Source of the DNA: an uncultured delta proteobacterium
Lineage (GTDB): Bacteria > Desulfobacterota > Binatia > UBA9968
Assembly: GCA_963816145.1 (NCBI GenBank)
Contig: CAWFJP010000003.1
Coordinates: 256,001 to 320,000 of the forward strand
Direction of reading: 5' to 3'
Length of the DNA: 64,000 bases
The position numbers were made by a program, and so were the translations under genes. This document shows positions 50,259-60,310 of this stretch, piece after piece. The notes under the pieces are model-generated. The model worked only from the letters and a program-made list of their open reading frames with translations, searched no databases and was not told the DNA's origin. Every line of letters begins with the position of its first letter. The first letter of the stretch is position 1.

Positions 50259-50288
50259 ACAAATCTACCTCTCGCGTCAAATCGACTC

Positions 50289-52004
50289 TCAATACCGCTC
50301 AAACCCGCTGACTTTACCAATCTTGCGGGCGATCAAGATTAGCGTCATGCAGAGCACGCTCACGACCAGCGCCAGCGAACACATCGGCCCCAAATTGCCG
50401 TCGACGTAAAAATGATAAAGCAAGGGTCCCAAGGGCTCGGATCCCGGCGAATAAAGAAATACCGAGGTGCTGAACTCGCGCAAATAGATCGACGCCAAGA
50501 GAATCCAACCGGCGATGAATCCAGGCCGCAACAAGGGCAAAAGAATTCGCCGAAAGGTAGTCAAAAAACTCGCGCCGCACACCATCGAGGCCTGCTGCAA
50601 GTCATCGTGCAATTGCACAATCGTGCTGGTCATCGTGCGCAAACCGTAGGGCAAAAATCGCGTGATGTAGGCGATCATGAGGATCCACAACGTACCGTAT
50701 ATCGGCAGCGGTATATACACATAGGTCCAAAGCAACCCGATCGCCAACGCGGTACCGGGAAAGGCCCAAGGGATAAATGTCAAGGCTTCGATCACGCCGC
50801 GGCCGGTCACTTTGGTCTTGGTGGTGACCCAAGCGGTGAGCGCCGCCAAGAGCATGCAAACCGTCGCGCCGCCGATGGCGAGAAATAGGCTGTTTTGCAA
50901 CGCCCGGTAGGTGCGCGTATCGGCGAGATTGGTCGCGTAGTTCTCCAGCGTCAAGAGCTCCCAGGTCTTGGCGCCCGGCACATGGATATAGGTAATGAAA
51001 GAAACATAGATCAACACCAACGACGGCAGGACGACAATCAGGATCAGGATCGCTGCCGCTAGCGCCGACGCCGCGTAACGCCAAGGCCCCAAGTCGATGA
51101 TCATCGGCCGATAACCGCGACCGGTCACCGTCACGTAGCGCTCCGAGCGCGCGGTCATGTGGCGATAGAAGTAAACGAAGATCATGGTGATGAATAGCAA
51201 GGTCACGCCGTAGGCGGCGGCAAGATTCTGATTGGGCGGGAACGCACCGATCGCTTCGCGGTAAATCTTGGTGGTGAAGACTTCGATGCGCGCCGGCAGC
51301 GCGATGATCGCCGGCGTATCGAAGCTTTCGATGGCGCGAACGAAATTCAACATCGCCGAAGAGAGCAAGGCCGGCCGGACAATCGGCAAAGTGATGCGCC
51401 AGGCGATCTGCAAATTGCTCGAACCGGCAACCCGCGCCGACTCCTCGAGCGAGGGGTCCATCGAGTAGAGCGCGGCTGAGACCATCAGGAACGCCAGCGG
51501 TGTGGTAATCAAACTCTCGACGAACACCATGCCCCAGAGCGAGTAAATGTTGAAAGGCGCTGCGGCCAGATCGAAGCTCGCCATGAGAAAGCGATTGATC
51601 AGCCCGGTGCGCGGACTCAACAACACTGTCCATGCCACCGACAACATCACCGGCGGAAAAATATTCGGCACGATGGCAGCGATCTCAAAGAACTTACGAA
51701 ACGGCGCGTTGGTGCGGATCGAGATCCATGCCAGGGTTGCCGCCAGTGCCGTGGCCACAACGGCTGAGCCTCCGGCGAAAATAAATGAATTGAACAACAG
51801 CTGATAGGTGAGCGGATCGCTGTAGGCGCTGATATAGTGCGCCAAGGTGAATTCGCCGGGGACGCCCAACGGCTTGCTGCGAAAGCTGCCGTAAAACAGC
51901 ATCACGGTCGGCGACAGGCTTAGATAACCGATCACCACGCCAACGAACAGCACCACCCCCAATTGCGGGTCGCGTCGAAACATACCGACTAGCCGGGAAA
52001 TCAT
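50289..52004 (-). CDS. Fe3+/thiamine-type ABC transporter permease
   Basis: Duplicated permease domains; LEESARVAG loop. Confidence 0.9.
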   Translation of the reverse strand: MISRLVGMFRRDPQLGVVLFVGVVIGYLSLSPTVMLFYGSFRSKPLGVPGEFTLAHYISAYSDPLTYQLLFNSFIFAGGSAVVATALAATLAWISIRTNAPFRKFFEIAAIVPNIFPPVMLSVAWTVLLSPRTGLINRFLMASFDLAAAPFNIYSLWGMVFVESLITTPLAFLMVSAALYSMDPSLEESARVAGSSNLQIAWRITLPIVRPALLSSAMLNFVRAIESFDTPAIIALPARIEVFTTKIYREAIGAFPPNQNLAAAYGVTLLFITMIFVYFYRHMTARSERYVTVTGRGYRPMIIDLGPWRYAASALAAAILILIVVLPSLVLIYVSFITYIHVPGAKTWELLTLENYATNLADTRTYRALQNSLFLAIGGATVCMLLAALTAWVTTKTKVTGRGVIEALTFIPWAFPGTALAIGLLWTYVYIPLPIYGTLWILMIAYITRFLPYGLRTMTSTIVQLHDDLQQASMVCGASFLTTFRRILLPLLRPGFIAGWILLASIYLREFSTSVFLYSPGSEPLGPLLYHFYVDGNLGPMCSLALVVSVLCMTLILIARKIGKVSGFERY

Positions 52005-52054
52005 CGCCGAATCTTAACTCCCTCAAGGATGCGGGCTCGGATTGTCAAAATAAC

Positions 52055-52081
52055 AAGGGCCAGCCGGTGTGGCTGGCCCTT
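52055..52081. terminator. Stem-loop between binding protein and permease genes
   Basis: AAGGGCCAGCC-ggtgt-GGCTGGCCCTT with T/A-rich flanks. Confidence 0.65.
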
Positions 52082-52114
52082 CTTTATTCCCTAATCGTAA
52101 CCGCTTTTCAAGAA

Positions 52115-53137
52115 TTATTTGGCGTAGAAGATATCGCGAAACGTGCCGCTCATCAGTTTCTTGAATTCATCCTCGCTGGGATTTTCCATGAACACCATCT
52201 TGGGCGCGACCTTGTCGGCGTCTTTGATCGGCGGGTAAACTCCAGGGGCAAGCACAAACTCGCCATCTTCGGCGATTTCCTTCTGACCTTCTGCGCTACA
52301 GGCAAAGTCGATATACAGCTTGGCCGCATTGGCGCGCGTCGATTTTGCGCTCAGACTCAAATAGTTGGGATCGGTTAAGTATCTATCCATCGGGACAAAA
52401 TCAACTGGACCCTTGTACTGTTTGATATACTTAATATAGGTGATGCCCACGGGCGCTTCACCTTTGATGATAGTGGTAGTTACCGGAGCTAGGGAATCGA
52501 CCAGGACAGGATTTTGCTTCGCCAGAGCTTTAACGTAATCCAGCCATTTGTCGCCCTTGAACTCTTTGCGGCGCAGATTCCAAAGAAATTGCGCGGTGGT
52601 GGTGTGGCGCGTGGGATCGGGGATGGAAATTTTCCCGCTCCACTTTGGGTTCAATAGGTCATCCAAAGTCTTCGGCAGGTCCGTCGTCTTAACCATTTCC
52701 GTGTTGTAGAGGATACTGATCGGCAACACCCGCCAGGGTGTAATCAGATTGTCTTTCTCTTTGAACCGAGCGGGAAATTTTTCCGACGCCGGCGGAATGT
52801 ATTTGGCGAACAGCCCGTCGTCCTTCATGATCAACTGTACGCCGCGGTTTCCCTCAACCACATCGTAACCTGGCTTGCCGGCGCGCCATTCGGTGAGCGC
52901 GCGCTCGGACACCTGCGTCGAGGAACCGCGCCAGTATTCGACCTCGATGCCGTATTTCTTTTTGAATGCTTGGTGCAGACCCTCCATGGACTGCGGTGGA
53001 ACCGAGCCGTAAACAACAACTTTACCTTCCTTCTTGGCGGCCTCCAGGTTGGCTTGTTGCGCTAAAAGCGGCGCCGCATTGCTAACCAGCGCGACCCATG
53101 CAGCGAATAGAGCTAGATAAGTTCTAGTATGTTTCAT
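52115..53137 (-). CDS. AfuA-like extracellular solute-binding protein
   Basis: Signal peptide; AAKKEGKVVVY, DDLLNPKW. Confidence 0.88.
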   Translation of the reverse strand: MKHTRTYLALFAAWVALVSNAAPLLAQQANLEAAKKEGKVVVYGSVPPQSMEGLHQAFKKKYGIEVEYWRGSSTQVSERALTEWRAGKPGYDVVEGNRGVQLIMKDDGLFAKYIPPASEKFPARFKEKDNLITPWRVLPISILYNTEMVKTTDLPKTLDDLLNPKWSGKISIPDPTRHTTTAQFLWNLRRKEFKGDKWLDYVKALAKQNPVLVDSLAPVTTTIIKGEAPVGITYIKYIKQYKGPVDFVPMDRYLTDPNYLSLSAKSTRANAAKLYIDFACSAEGQKEIAEDGEFVLAPGVYPPIKDADKVAPKMVFMENPSEDEFKKLMSGTFRDIFYAK

Positions 53138-53220
53138 TAAAGCCTCCAGCAAGATGGCCCAAAAAGTACCGATGCGTCCGGATTAAGTCAAGTATGTCTG
53201 TTATATCCTCCATGCTGTTG

Positions 53221-54357
53221 TTACTTGGCAACAAACAGCTGGCGGAAATCGCTGAGCAGTTTTTGCAACTGCTCACTGCTGGGATCTTCCAGCAGTTGCA
53301 TGTTTGCCATGATCCGGTCGGCCCCTTTGATCGCCGGATAGACGCCCGGCGACAAGACGAACTCATGGGTCTCGGCTACTTTCTTCTGGCCCTCGGGAGA
53401 ACAGAGGTAGTCGATCAAGAAGCGCGCGGCGTTGGGATTCACCGCCTTGGCGCTGATCGCCGCATCGCTGGGATCGGCAAAAACCTGATCGATCGGCGCG
53501 AAGCCGATCGGCCCCTTGGTTTGCGGCACATACTGAATATAGGAAATCCCCAGCGCAGCTTCGCCGCGAACGATGGCGCTGGGCACCGATGAATAGGACT
53601 CGACTAGCTGCGGCCTTTGCTTTGCGAGCGCGCGCACAAAATCCAACCACTTGTCGCCTTTAATCTTTTGCAGATTCCACAAAAAGGTCGCGGTACTAGC
53701 ATGGCGCGAAGGATCGGGCATGCTGATCTTGCCTTGCCATTTGGGGTCCAACAGGTCGTCCAGACTCTTTGGCACATCGGCAGGCTTAACCAGTTCGGTG
53801 TTGATCAGGATACCCACCGGCGTAATGCGCCACGCAGTCAACTGTCCGTCCTTGTCGCGAAATTTGGCCGGGAAATTCGCCGCGCTGGCAGGCGTAAACT
53901 TGGCATAAACGCCATCGGCCTTCGCCAGCGACAACGGGCCGCGCGCGCCGAGCGCCATGTCGAAGCCGGGCTTGCCGGCGCGCCATTCGGTCAACATGCG
54001 GTCCACCACCTTGGTCGCATCGCCGCGCCAGTACTCGATGTTGACGCCATACTTGGCCTCAAAGCCGGCCTCGATCAATTTCATCACCTGCGGAACAATC
54101 GTGCCGTAGACAAAGACTTTGCCTTCCTTCTTCGCCGCCTCAAGACTGACACTCTGGGCGGACGCTTGCGACCATAGTGCGACAAGTAGCAATAGCGGAA
54201 CCAGCAACACGATCTGCGTCTGTGAAGTCGGACTAACAAAAATTCGCCCCGGTCCCCTCTTTTTCAAAGAGGGGTAACTCTTGCACGCATCTAACTTCCC
54301 CCTTTGAAAAAGGGGGATCGAGGGGGATTTTCCACTACGCGCAGTGACGTTCTTCAT
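53221..54357 (-). CDS. AfuA-like solute-binding protein (tandem paralog) with a repeat-derived N-terminal insert
   Basis: Similar to 52115..53137; start uncertain. Confidence 0.85.
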   Translation of the reverse strand: MKNVTARSGKSPSIPLFQRGKLDACKSYPSLKKRGPGRIFVSPTSQTQIVLLVPLLLLVALWSQASAQSVSLEAAKKEGKVFVYGTIVPQVMKLIEAGFEAKYGVNIEYWRGDATKVVDRMLTEWRAGKPGFDMALGARGPLSLAKADGVYAKFTPASAANFPAKFRDKDGQLTAWRITPVGILINTELVKPADVPKSLDDLLDPKWQGKISMPDPSRHASTATFLWNLQKIKGDKWLDFVRALAKQRPQLVESYSSVPSAIVRGEAALGISYIQYVPQTKGPIGFAPIDQVFADPSDAAISAKAVNPNAARFLIDYLCSPEGQKKVAETHEFVLSPGVYPAIKGADRIMANMQLLEDPSSEQLQKLLSDFRQLFVAK

Positions 54358-54418
54358 AAGTGCCTCATGTTCAATCAGGTTTTAGACGATTATTTTCAAA
54401 AAATCGGTTGCGGATCGG

Positions 54419-55402
54419 CTACCCGACAATCTCGCGCACCATCCGCACCACGCGTTTCCGCGCCTCTTGAGTACCGGTTGGCAGAACGATCGGCAAATCA
54501 AGTCCGCCCTTGGTGAAGGCTTCGATCTGCTTTGCACAATCGCCCGGCGTGCCGGCCACCGAGTGAGCGAAGACCACTTCATCGCTGATAAACTTCTTGG
54601 CCGATTCCCAATCACGTTTGCCCACTGCCGCAGCCAACCCCTCCTGATCGACCGTGCCGCCACCAAGCCGAATATTCTCGGCGTGATGAACATTGCGGAA
54701 AATATACGCTAGAAAATGCTTATTGGCTTCGATCGCCTCTTTGGCGCTGTCCGATACCGCCGCCGTGACAAAGCCGGCGACATCGACATCCATGGACGAT
54801 TTACCGCTCTTCTGCGCGCCGGAACCGATGTTATCGGCGCACTTGCGGATGTAAGCGGGAGCGCATCCCGCCGAAAGCAAGACCCCGTCGCCGATCTCAC
54901 CGCCCAATTGGAGCATGCGCGAGCGCACCGCGGTGACATACATTTTGATCGGCGCCGCCGGCGCGAAACCCATCTTGGCGCCGTTGATGTGAAATATTTT
55001 GCCGTGAAAGTTGACCGTGTCGCCTTTCAAATAGCGCCGCAAAATCTCGACATACTCGCGCATGGTTTGCAGCGGATGCGGCGACTCCATGCCGGCTTCT
55101 TTGAGCGCCGCGGCGTTGCCCGTGCCGGGGCTGCCGATGACCCGGCCCGGCGCAAATTCGTCCATGGTCGCGAGCGCCATCGCCGTGATAATCGGATTAC
55201 GCGAATAGGGACTCGCCGGCGCCGCTGCAACCTTGATCTTCTTAGTCGAAGCGAGCAACGCCATCGACGTAGTCATGGAATCGCGAAAACAGAGATGGTC
55301 CGACATCCAGATCGAATCCATGCCGATATCGTCAGCCAATTGCGCCAGTTCAATCATTTCCTGAATCGAATAAAATCCGTCAAAGCAAAGTCCTACGCGC
55401 AT
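54419..55402 (-). CDS. LLM-class (Mer-like) oxidoreductase
   Basis: IWMSDH, PYSRNP, GEIGDG. Confidence 0.88.
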   Translation of the reverse strand: MRVGLCFDGFYSIQEMIELAQLADDIGMDSIWMSDHLCFRDSMTTSMALLASTKKIKVAAAPASPYSRNPIITAMALATMDEFAPGRVIGSPGTGNAAALKEAGMESPHPLQTMREYVEILRRYLKGDTVNFHGKIFHINGAKMGFAPAAPIKMYVTAVRSRMLQLGGEIGDGVLLSAGCAPAYIRKCADNIGSGAQKSGKSSMDVDVAGFVTAAVSDSAKEAIEANKHFLAYIFRNVHHAENIRLGGGTVDQEGLAAAVGKRDWESAKKFISDEVVFAHSVAGTPGDCAKQIEAFTKGGLDLPIVLPTGTQEARKRVVRMVREIVG

Positions 55403-55411
55403 AGAAATCTC

Positions 55412-56518
55412 CTAAAAACCATCGGCAAGAATAGCCGGCAAACGTTCGGCCGACACTTTGTCCAACCCCATCTTAGCCAGAGTCAAACCCTCGGAGCGAA
55501 AATCGATCCCGAGCGCCGTCGACGCCAGAGTGATCAGAGCGTCCATCATCGGCGACTTGACGTCCAGCAGTTTACCGACCTCCGCCATTGGCACCAGTCC
55601 GTAGCCGACATCTTCGCGGATGTAACGATGATCGAGCGACGGCGGCGCTTTGATGGTAAAGTTGGGTCCGCTGTTGCGAATCGCTTGGTACGCCGAACCC
55701 GTATCGCGCGCTTCGGCGGTGGTCAAACCAGCCTGGTGAAAAATATCGACAAAGCGCTGTGGTGGTAAGCCAAGCCGCCGAACGATTTCCAGCCGTTCCT
55801 GATCGACGGCATCGATCCAGGCGCCGATCGCCGGCGTGATACCCTCGCGGTAATAGAGAAAATCACCGCCGCTCTTCTCGATCCAGCCGGCGTTGCCGAG
55901 CATCCCCGCCGGATGCATGATCGCGTTGATGTTGGCAAAGCCGGTTTCCATGACGTTCGCGGCCGGGACGACATTGGGGAAGACATCTTGAATTTCCGGC
56001 ACCAGAGTCGCCGTGAGTTTGCCGGGAAATGCGGCGCAGCGCAGGTTTGTCGTGCGGCGGTAAACTTCCACCCGGCCGAATTGCGGCATGCGGCAAATGT
56101 AGGTGAGCGTCACCGTTTCGCACAGCTTGACCTGAGCCTTGCACCCTGCCTGGCGTAAAGCGTTGGCGAAGTGCATCGCACCGCCGGTGTGGCCGGGATT
56201 GAGTAAGATCCTTTGACCATCGGTCAAATAGTTGGCAATCCCCTGCGCCAAGTATTCATGGCCCACCGCCGGCGTCGTCACCACGATCAGATCGACTCCC
56301 TGCACCACCGGCGGCAAATGCGGGCTCAAAAAAAACGGCGCAGCCTTTTTACTGACTCCGCCCTCGATCAACTCGATCTCGCCGATCTTGCCGAGTTTGA
56401 CTGTAGTACTCTCGGATCGCGAGAATAAGCGGACCTCAAAACCGCGAAGGGTCAGATCGGCCGCAGCCGCGCAGCCGCCGTTGCCGGCACCGAGGATCGC
56501 GATTTTGTGGATGGTCAT
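55412..56518 (-). CDS. NAD/NADP octopine/nopaline dehydrogenase family protein
   Basis: GAGNGG, NAIMHP, HRYIREDVGYGLVP. Confidence 0.9.
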   Translation of the reverse strand: MTIHKIAILGAGNGGCAAAADLTLRGFEVRLFSRSESTTVKLGKIGEIELIEGGVSKKAAPFFLSPHLPPVVQGVDLIVVTTPAVGHEYLAQGIANYLTDGQRILLNPGHTGGAMHFANALRQAGCKAQVKLCETVTLTYICRMPQFGRVEVYRRTTNLRCAAFPGKLTATLVPEIQDVFPNVVPAANVMETGFANINAIMHPAGMLGNAGWIEKSGGDFLYYREGITPAIGAWIDAVDQERLEIVRRLGLPPQRFVDIFHQAGLTTAEARDTGSAYQAIRNSGPNFTIKAPPSLDHRYIREDVGYGLVPMAEVGKLLDVKSPMMDALITLASTALGIDFRSEGLTLAKMGLDKVSAERLPAILADGF

Positions 56519-56623
56519 GGAGTTAACTCATTTGCAAACTGACCTGCGGCGCATCCCCCTCCTCTTTCCTCCCCCGCGACGCGGGGGAGGATGAAGGTGG
56601 GGGGATGAACCGTTTGAACGCGT

Positions 56624-57778
56624 CTAATCGATCCGATAATGCTTGATTTTATCCTCGTCAAGCTCGATCCCCAGTCCCGGCTTCGATGACACGATGACAT
56701 CGCCGTCTCTATATTCGAACGCTTCGGTGATGATATCGTCCTGATAGTAAATACCGGCGATACCGCTCTTGCCTTTGCCTTTGGGCGTCGACACCGGCAC
56801 GACGCAGCCGTAGGTCACTACGCCGGTCGAGGCCGCAAGGTGAATGTTGGCGGCGTTGCCGACGCCGGTTTCCACCGAGCCGTTGACGTTGCATTTGAGT
56901 CCGGCCGCCTCGGCCACGGCAGCAACTTTTTTGCCCTTGAACATGCCGCCCGGCTTGGTCGTATAGATCGAAATCACATCCGCGGCTTTCTTCTGAATGA
57001 TCTCGATGACATCCTGTGCGGTCCAGGCGCTTTCGTCGGCCATGATCGGCGTATCGACCCGCCGCGTCACTTCGGCCATCTGGTCGATACCTTCAACCGG
57101 CTGCTCCATGTAAAGCAGATTGAATTCTTCCATGGCCTTGGTGATCTTCACCGCGGCCTTCGCAGTCGGATAGCCTTGATTGGCATCGACGCAGATATTC
57201 AAATCGGCACCGATGGCATTGCGGATCTGTTTGACCAACTCCAGGTCGCGCTTTTGTTCGACACCGCCTTTGAGTTTGATCGTCTTCACGCCTTCGGATT
57301 TCGCCTGCAGCGCTTCGTCCACGGCTTTTTCAATTTCCATCAAACCCAAACTATGGGCGATGGGGATCCGGTCGCGGAAAAGACCGCCGAGCAGTTGATA
57401 CGCGGGCACTTTAAGCGCTTTACCGACGACGTCGTAGAGCGCCGCATCGATGGCGGCTTTGCAGTACGGATAACCTTTTACCGCTTTGTCCATCAAGGCG
57501 TGAATCGATTCGAAGCGGCCGGGATCCTGGCCTGCCAATACCGGCGAGAGTATGTCGTTGATGATATGCGCGGTTGTCTGCGGCGTCTCGCCGAAATACT
57601 TTCCGTGATCGCCGCCCCAGTCTTTCAGCACCGGCGCTTCGCCAAGGCCGATCAATCCGTCATCGGTGTAAAGCTTGATGATGACGTAAACGCCGATGGG
57701 CGTCGTAAGACTTGCCCACTGGTGCACGCGCCGGGTCGGCAAGCGGATGGGAATAGTTTCAATTCTGGTAATCTTCAT
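56624..57778 (-). CDS. Enolase superfamily (muconate cycloisomerase/dipeptide epimerase-like) enzyme
   Basis: KLK, DANQG, EQP, DES. Confidence 0.88.
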   Translation of the reverse strand: MKITRIETIPIRLPTRRVHQWASLTTPIGVYVIIKLYTDDGLIGLGEAPVLKDWGGDHGKYFGETPQTTAHIINDILSPVLAGQDPGRFESIHALMDKAVKGYPYCKAAIDAALYDVVGKALKVPAYQLLGGLFRDRIPIAHSLGLMEIEKAVDEALQAKSEGVKTIKLKGGVEQKRDLELVKQIRNAIGADLNICVDANQGYPTAKAAVKITKAMEEFNLLYMEQPVEGIDQMAEVTRRVDTPIMADESAWTAQDVIEIIQKKAADVISIYTTKPGGMFKGKKVAAVAEAAGLKCNVNGSVETGVGNAANIHLAASTGVVTYGCVVPVSTPKGKGKSGIAGIYYQDDIITEAFEYRDGDVIVSSKPGLGIELDEDKIKHYRID

Positions 57779-57863
57779 TTGGAATAACAACCTCAGCAAC
57801 GTTCACGACAGCTAGCCTGCACAAGGCAGGATTACAGCCCGCATCGTGCGCCGAATCTTGCCT

Positions 57864-58088
57864 CCTCTCCCTCGACGGGAGAGGATTGAGGTGAGGGTGC
57901 AAGAATCTTTCAATACCCCTCACTCTAACTCTCTCCCGCTTCAGACTGTGTCACAACTGTCATTTCGAGGTGAAGCCGAGAAATCTCTTCTTCGTATGTG
58001 GCTGAAAACACGAGATCCCTCGCTGCGCTCGGGATGACAGATGTGGGGCATTTGCTCATTACGACACAGCCTCCAAGGGGAGAGAGAA
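57864..58088. repeat. Three-level nested palindromic repeat
   Basis: CCTCTCCC-type outer pair, AGACTGTGTC/GACACAGCCT middle, TGTCAT/ATGACA inner pair. Confidence 0.75.
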
Positions 58089-58121
58089 CCTGAAGCACTG
58101 CGGAAACCAAAAGCCGATGCA

Positions 58122-59234
58122 TTAACCAACTCTCAACAGCGTATCCGTCGGCGTCACATCGGACAGCAGCTCGCAGCCCTTCTCCGTCACACAGAACATG
58201 TCCTTGTTCTGCATGCCGAAACGCCCGGGAATATAAACCAACGGTTCGAACGCGCCGACCATCCCGGCTTCGACGATCTCATTGCCGTAGCGCCCCATGT
58301 ACGGCTCTTCATGGAGATGAAGTCCGATGCCATGGGCAACAAAGCTGATCGGCGCGAAGCCAAGTTGGCTGAATTTCTCGAGAAACTTGCGATAGATCTC
58401 CGGACAGCTCGCCCCCGGTTTGATCAAGTCCATGACCAGATACTTGCACTCGATCAAGTTGGACCAGATCTTGTACTGCTCCGGCGTCGCGTCGCCGACC
58501 ACGGCGGTGCGGCAGACACCGGTGAGATAGCCGCTTTTCTGGCCGAAAATCTCCATGCGAATGATATCGCTTTGTTTTAACTTGCGCTCGCTCGGTCCAA
58601 CGTTGGGAAACTCGCTACGCTCGCCGCTGGCGATGATCATCAATTTGTAACTGTCAGCGCCGCCGGCAAACAACGTTGTCAGCAAGGTGCCCGCCAGTTC
58701 CATCTCGCTCATGCCGATCTTGGCCGATTGCAGCGCCGTACCGATGGCATTGTCGGTGAGTTTGCTGAGCGAGCGAAGCAAGGCGAGTTCGTTTGCCGTC
58801 TTGATCTGCCGCGCCTTATTGAAAATTCCGTCCGCCGCTAGCCAGTTCACACTCGGCAAGTTTCTTTGCAGCGTCGCGAAGTCCTTCGCCGGCAGGAACT
58901 CCATCTCGATGGCAATTTTGGCGCGATCAAGTTTTAAATCCTTCAGCGCCTCGGCCAGCTTCTCCATCGGATCGTCGCTGAACTCGCGATAGATACGCAG
59001 GTCGTCGACGCCGGCGTGGGCCTTAACGGTCGTCGCTTCCATGTCGATGGCGACCATCGAAATCCGGCCATCCGCGGTCACGATGCAAGCTGCATGACGC
59101 CAGCGCATCAGCGACTGGGACGGCACGACGAAGCCGGAAACGTAGGTAACGTTTTCCGGCGAGATCGCGATGATGGCGTCGAGGCCTTCGTTGACGAAGC
59201 GATTTCTAAGCCGGGAAATGATTTCTTGATCCAT
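58122..59234 (-). CDS. M24 (Xaa-Pro peptidase/creatinase) family protein
   Basis: Creatinase-type N-domain; HGIGLHLHEEP, EP. Confidence 0.88.
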   Translation of the reverse strand: MDQEIISRLRNRFVNEGLDAIIAISPENVTYVSGFVVPSQSLMRWRHAACIVTADGRISMVAIDMEATTVKAHAGVDDLRIYREFSDDPMEKLAEALKDLKLDRAKIAIEMEFLPAKDFATLQRNLPSVNWLAADGIFNKARQIKTANELALLRSLSKLTDNAIGTALQSAKIGMSEMELAGTLLTTLFAGGADSYKLMIIASGERSEFPNVGPSERKLKQSDIIRMEIFGQKSGYLTGVCRTAVVGDATPEQYKIWSNLIECKYLVMDLIKPGASCPEIYRKFLEKFSQLGFAPISFVAHGIGLHLHEEPYMGRYGNEIVEAGMVGAFEPLVYIPGRFGMQNKDMFCVTEKGCELLSDVTPTDTLLRVG

Positions 59235-59298
59235 AGTGAATGCTTCGGAGAATATCGGCTGGTTAGTGGACGGTCAAGGGAAACCGTCTAGGGGATCA

Positions 59299-60290
59299 TC
59301 ACTTCGTCGGTGAAGTTACAGCACCGTTTTGCCGAGACAATTTTATCTCCACCGGCGGGCTCCCTGCCTCATCAAAGAATTTGATCAATAGATTGTCACC
59401 GCTGAGCCGACCCTCGTAGCGATTCGTCCCTAACCTGGTGCCGTCGCCGGAGGTCTCTTCGAATCTCACCTTGAAGGTAATCGTCTCGCCGATGATCCGA
59501 CCCTCCTCGATGCCGCGCTTGATGCCGATGAAGGATGCCGTGCCGAAGAGTGTGTTTCCTTCCGGAGTAAAGAAAAACTCTTCTTGATACTTGGCGCCCC
59601 ATGGATACGTCACGTCACCGCGCCAGCGGCCGGCCAGCGTTGCGGCCAGGGTATCGTTGCTGCTTGGCGGACTGGGAGCGGGAGTATTCCCCGCCTGCTG
59701 GCGCCACTGCCACCAGACGGCAAAGCTGACGAGCAGAATGATCAACGGGATCTTCCACACCAGCCGCCGGCGCAAGCGCTGGCGCATCTCTGACTTCCAA
59801 TCGTCACCCGCTTGCGGGACTTGTTTGCGCAGACCTGGCAGCGCTGCAAGCGTTTTGATCAGCTTGGCGACCCCACTTTGAAAATCTTGATCGCTAATCG
59901 TCACCGCATTGCGCTGCGCCAAGGGCTTTAAATCGCTGCGCAGATCCGCGGCTTTGGGCATGCTCGCGCCCTCGACCAGCACTGGGATCACGAGGATTCC
60001 TCGCTGCAATGCTAACGCGACTTCGCGGCTGACCAGATCGTCGGGATCGCTAAGCCGTAACTGCCCCTCGGCGTTGCGTGCCGTGAGCCACTGTTTGCCG
60101 ATCACCGCGAGCAGCGCATCGCATCCGCCAATCTTAGCCCCGATATGGGCGCTGAAGTCAGCCCCAGGCGGGATATCATCGACATCCATGAAGACTTGGT
60201 CGGCGCCGAACTCCGCGCCCAGCCGGTCGCATAGCGACCGGCAGAGGGCGCGCTGTCATCGCGCCGATAACTGATGAAGATGCCGGACAT
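59299..60290 (-). CDS. TIR-domain membrane protein, frameshifted near 60235
   Basis: IFISYRRDDS; FMDVDDIPPGADF, CDALLAVIG, EVALAL, IPVLV; one TM helix. Confidence 0.8.
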
Positions 60291-60310
60291 GGATGCTGTT
60301 AATTTACGAG

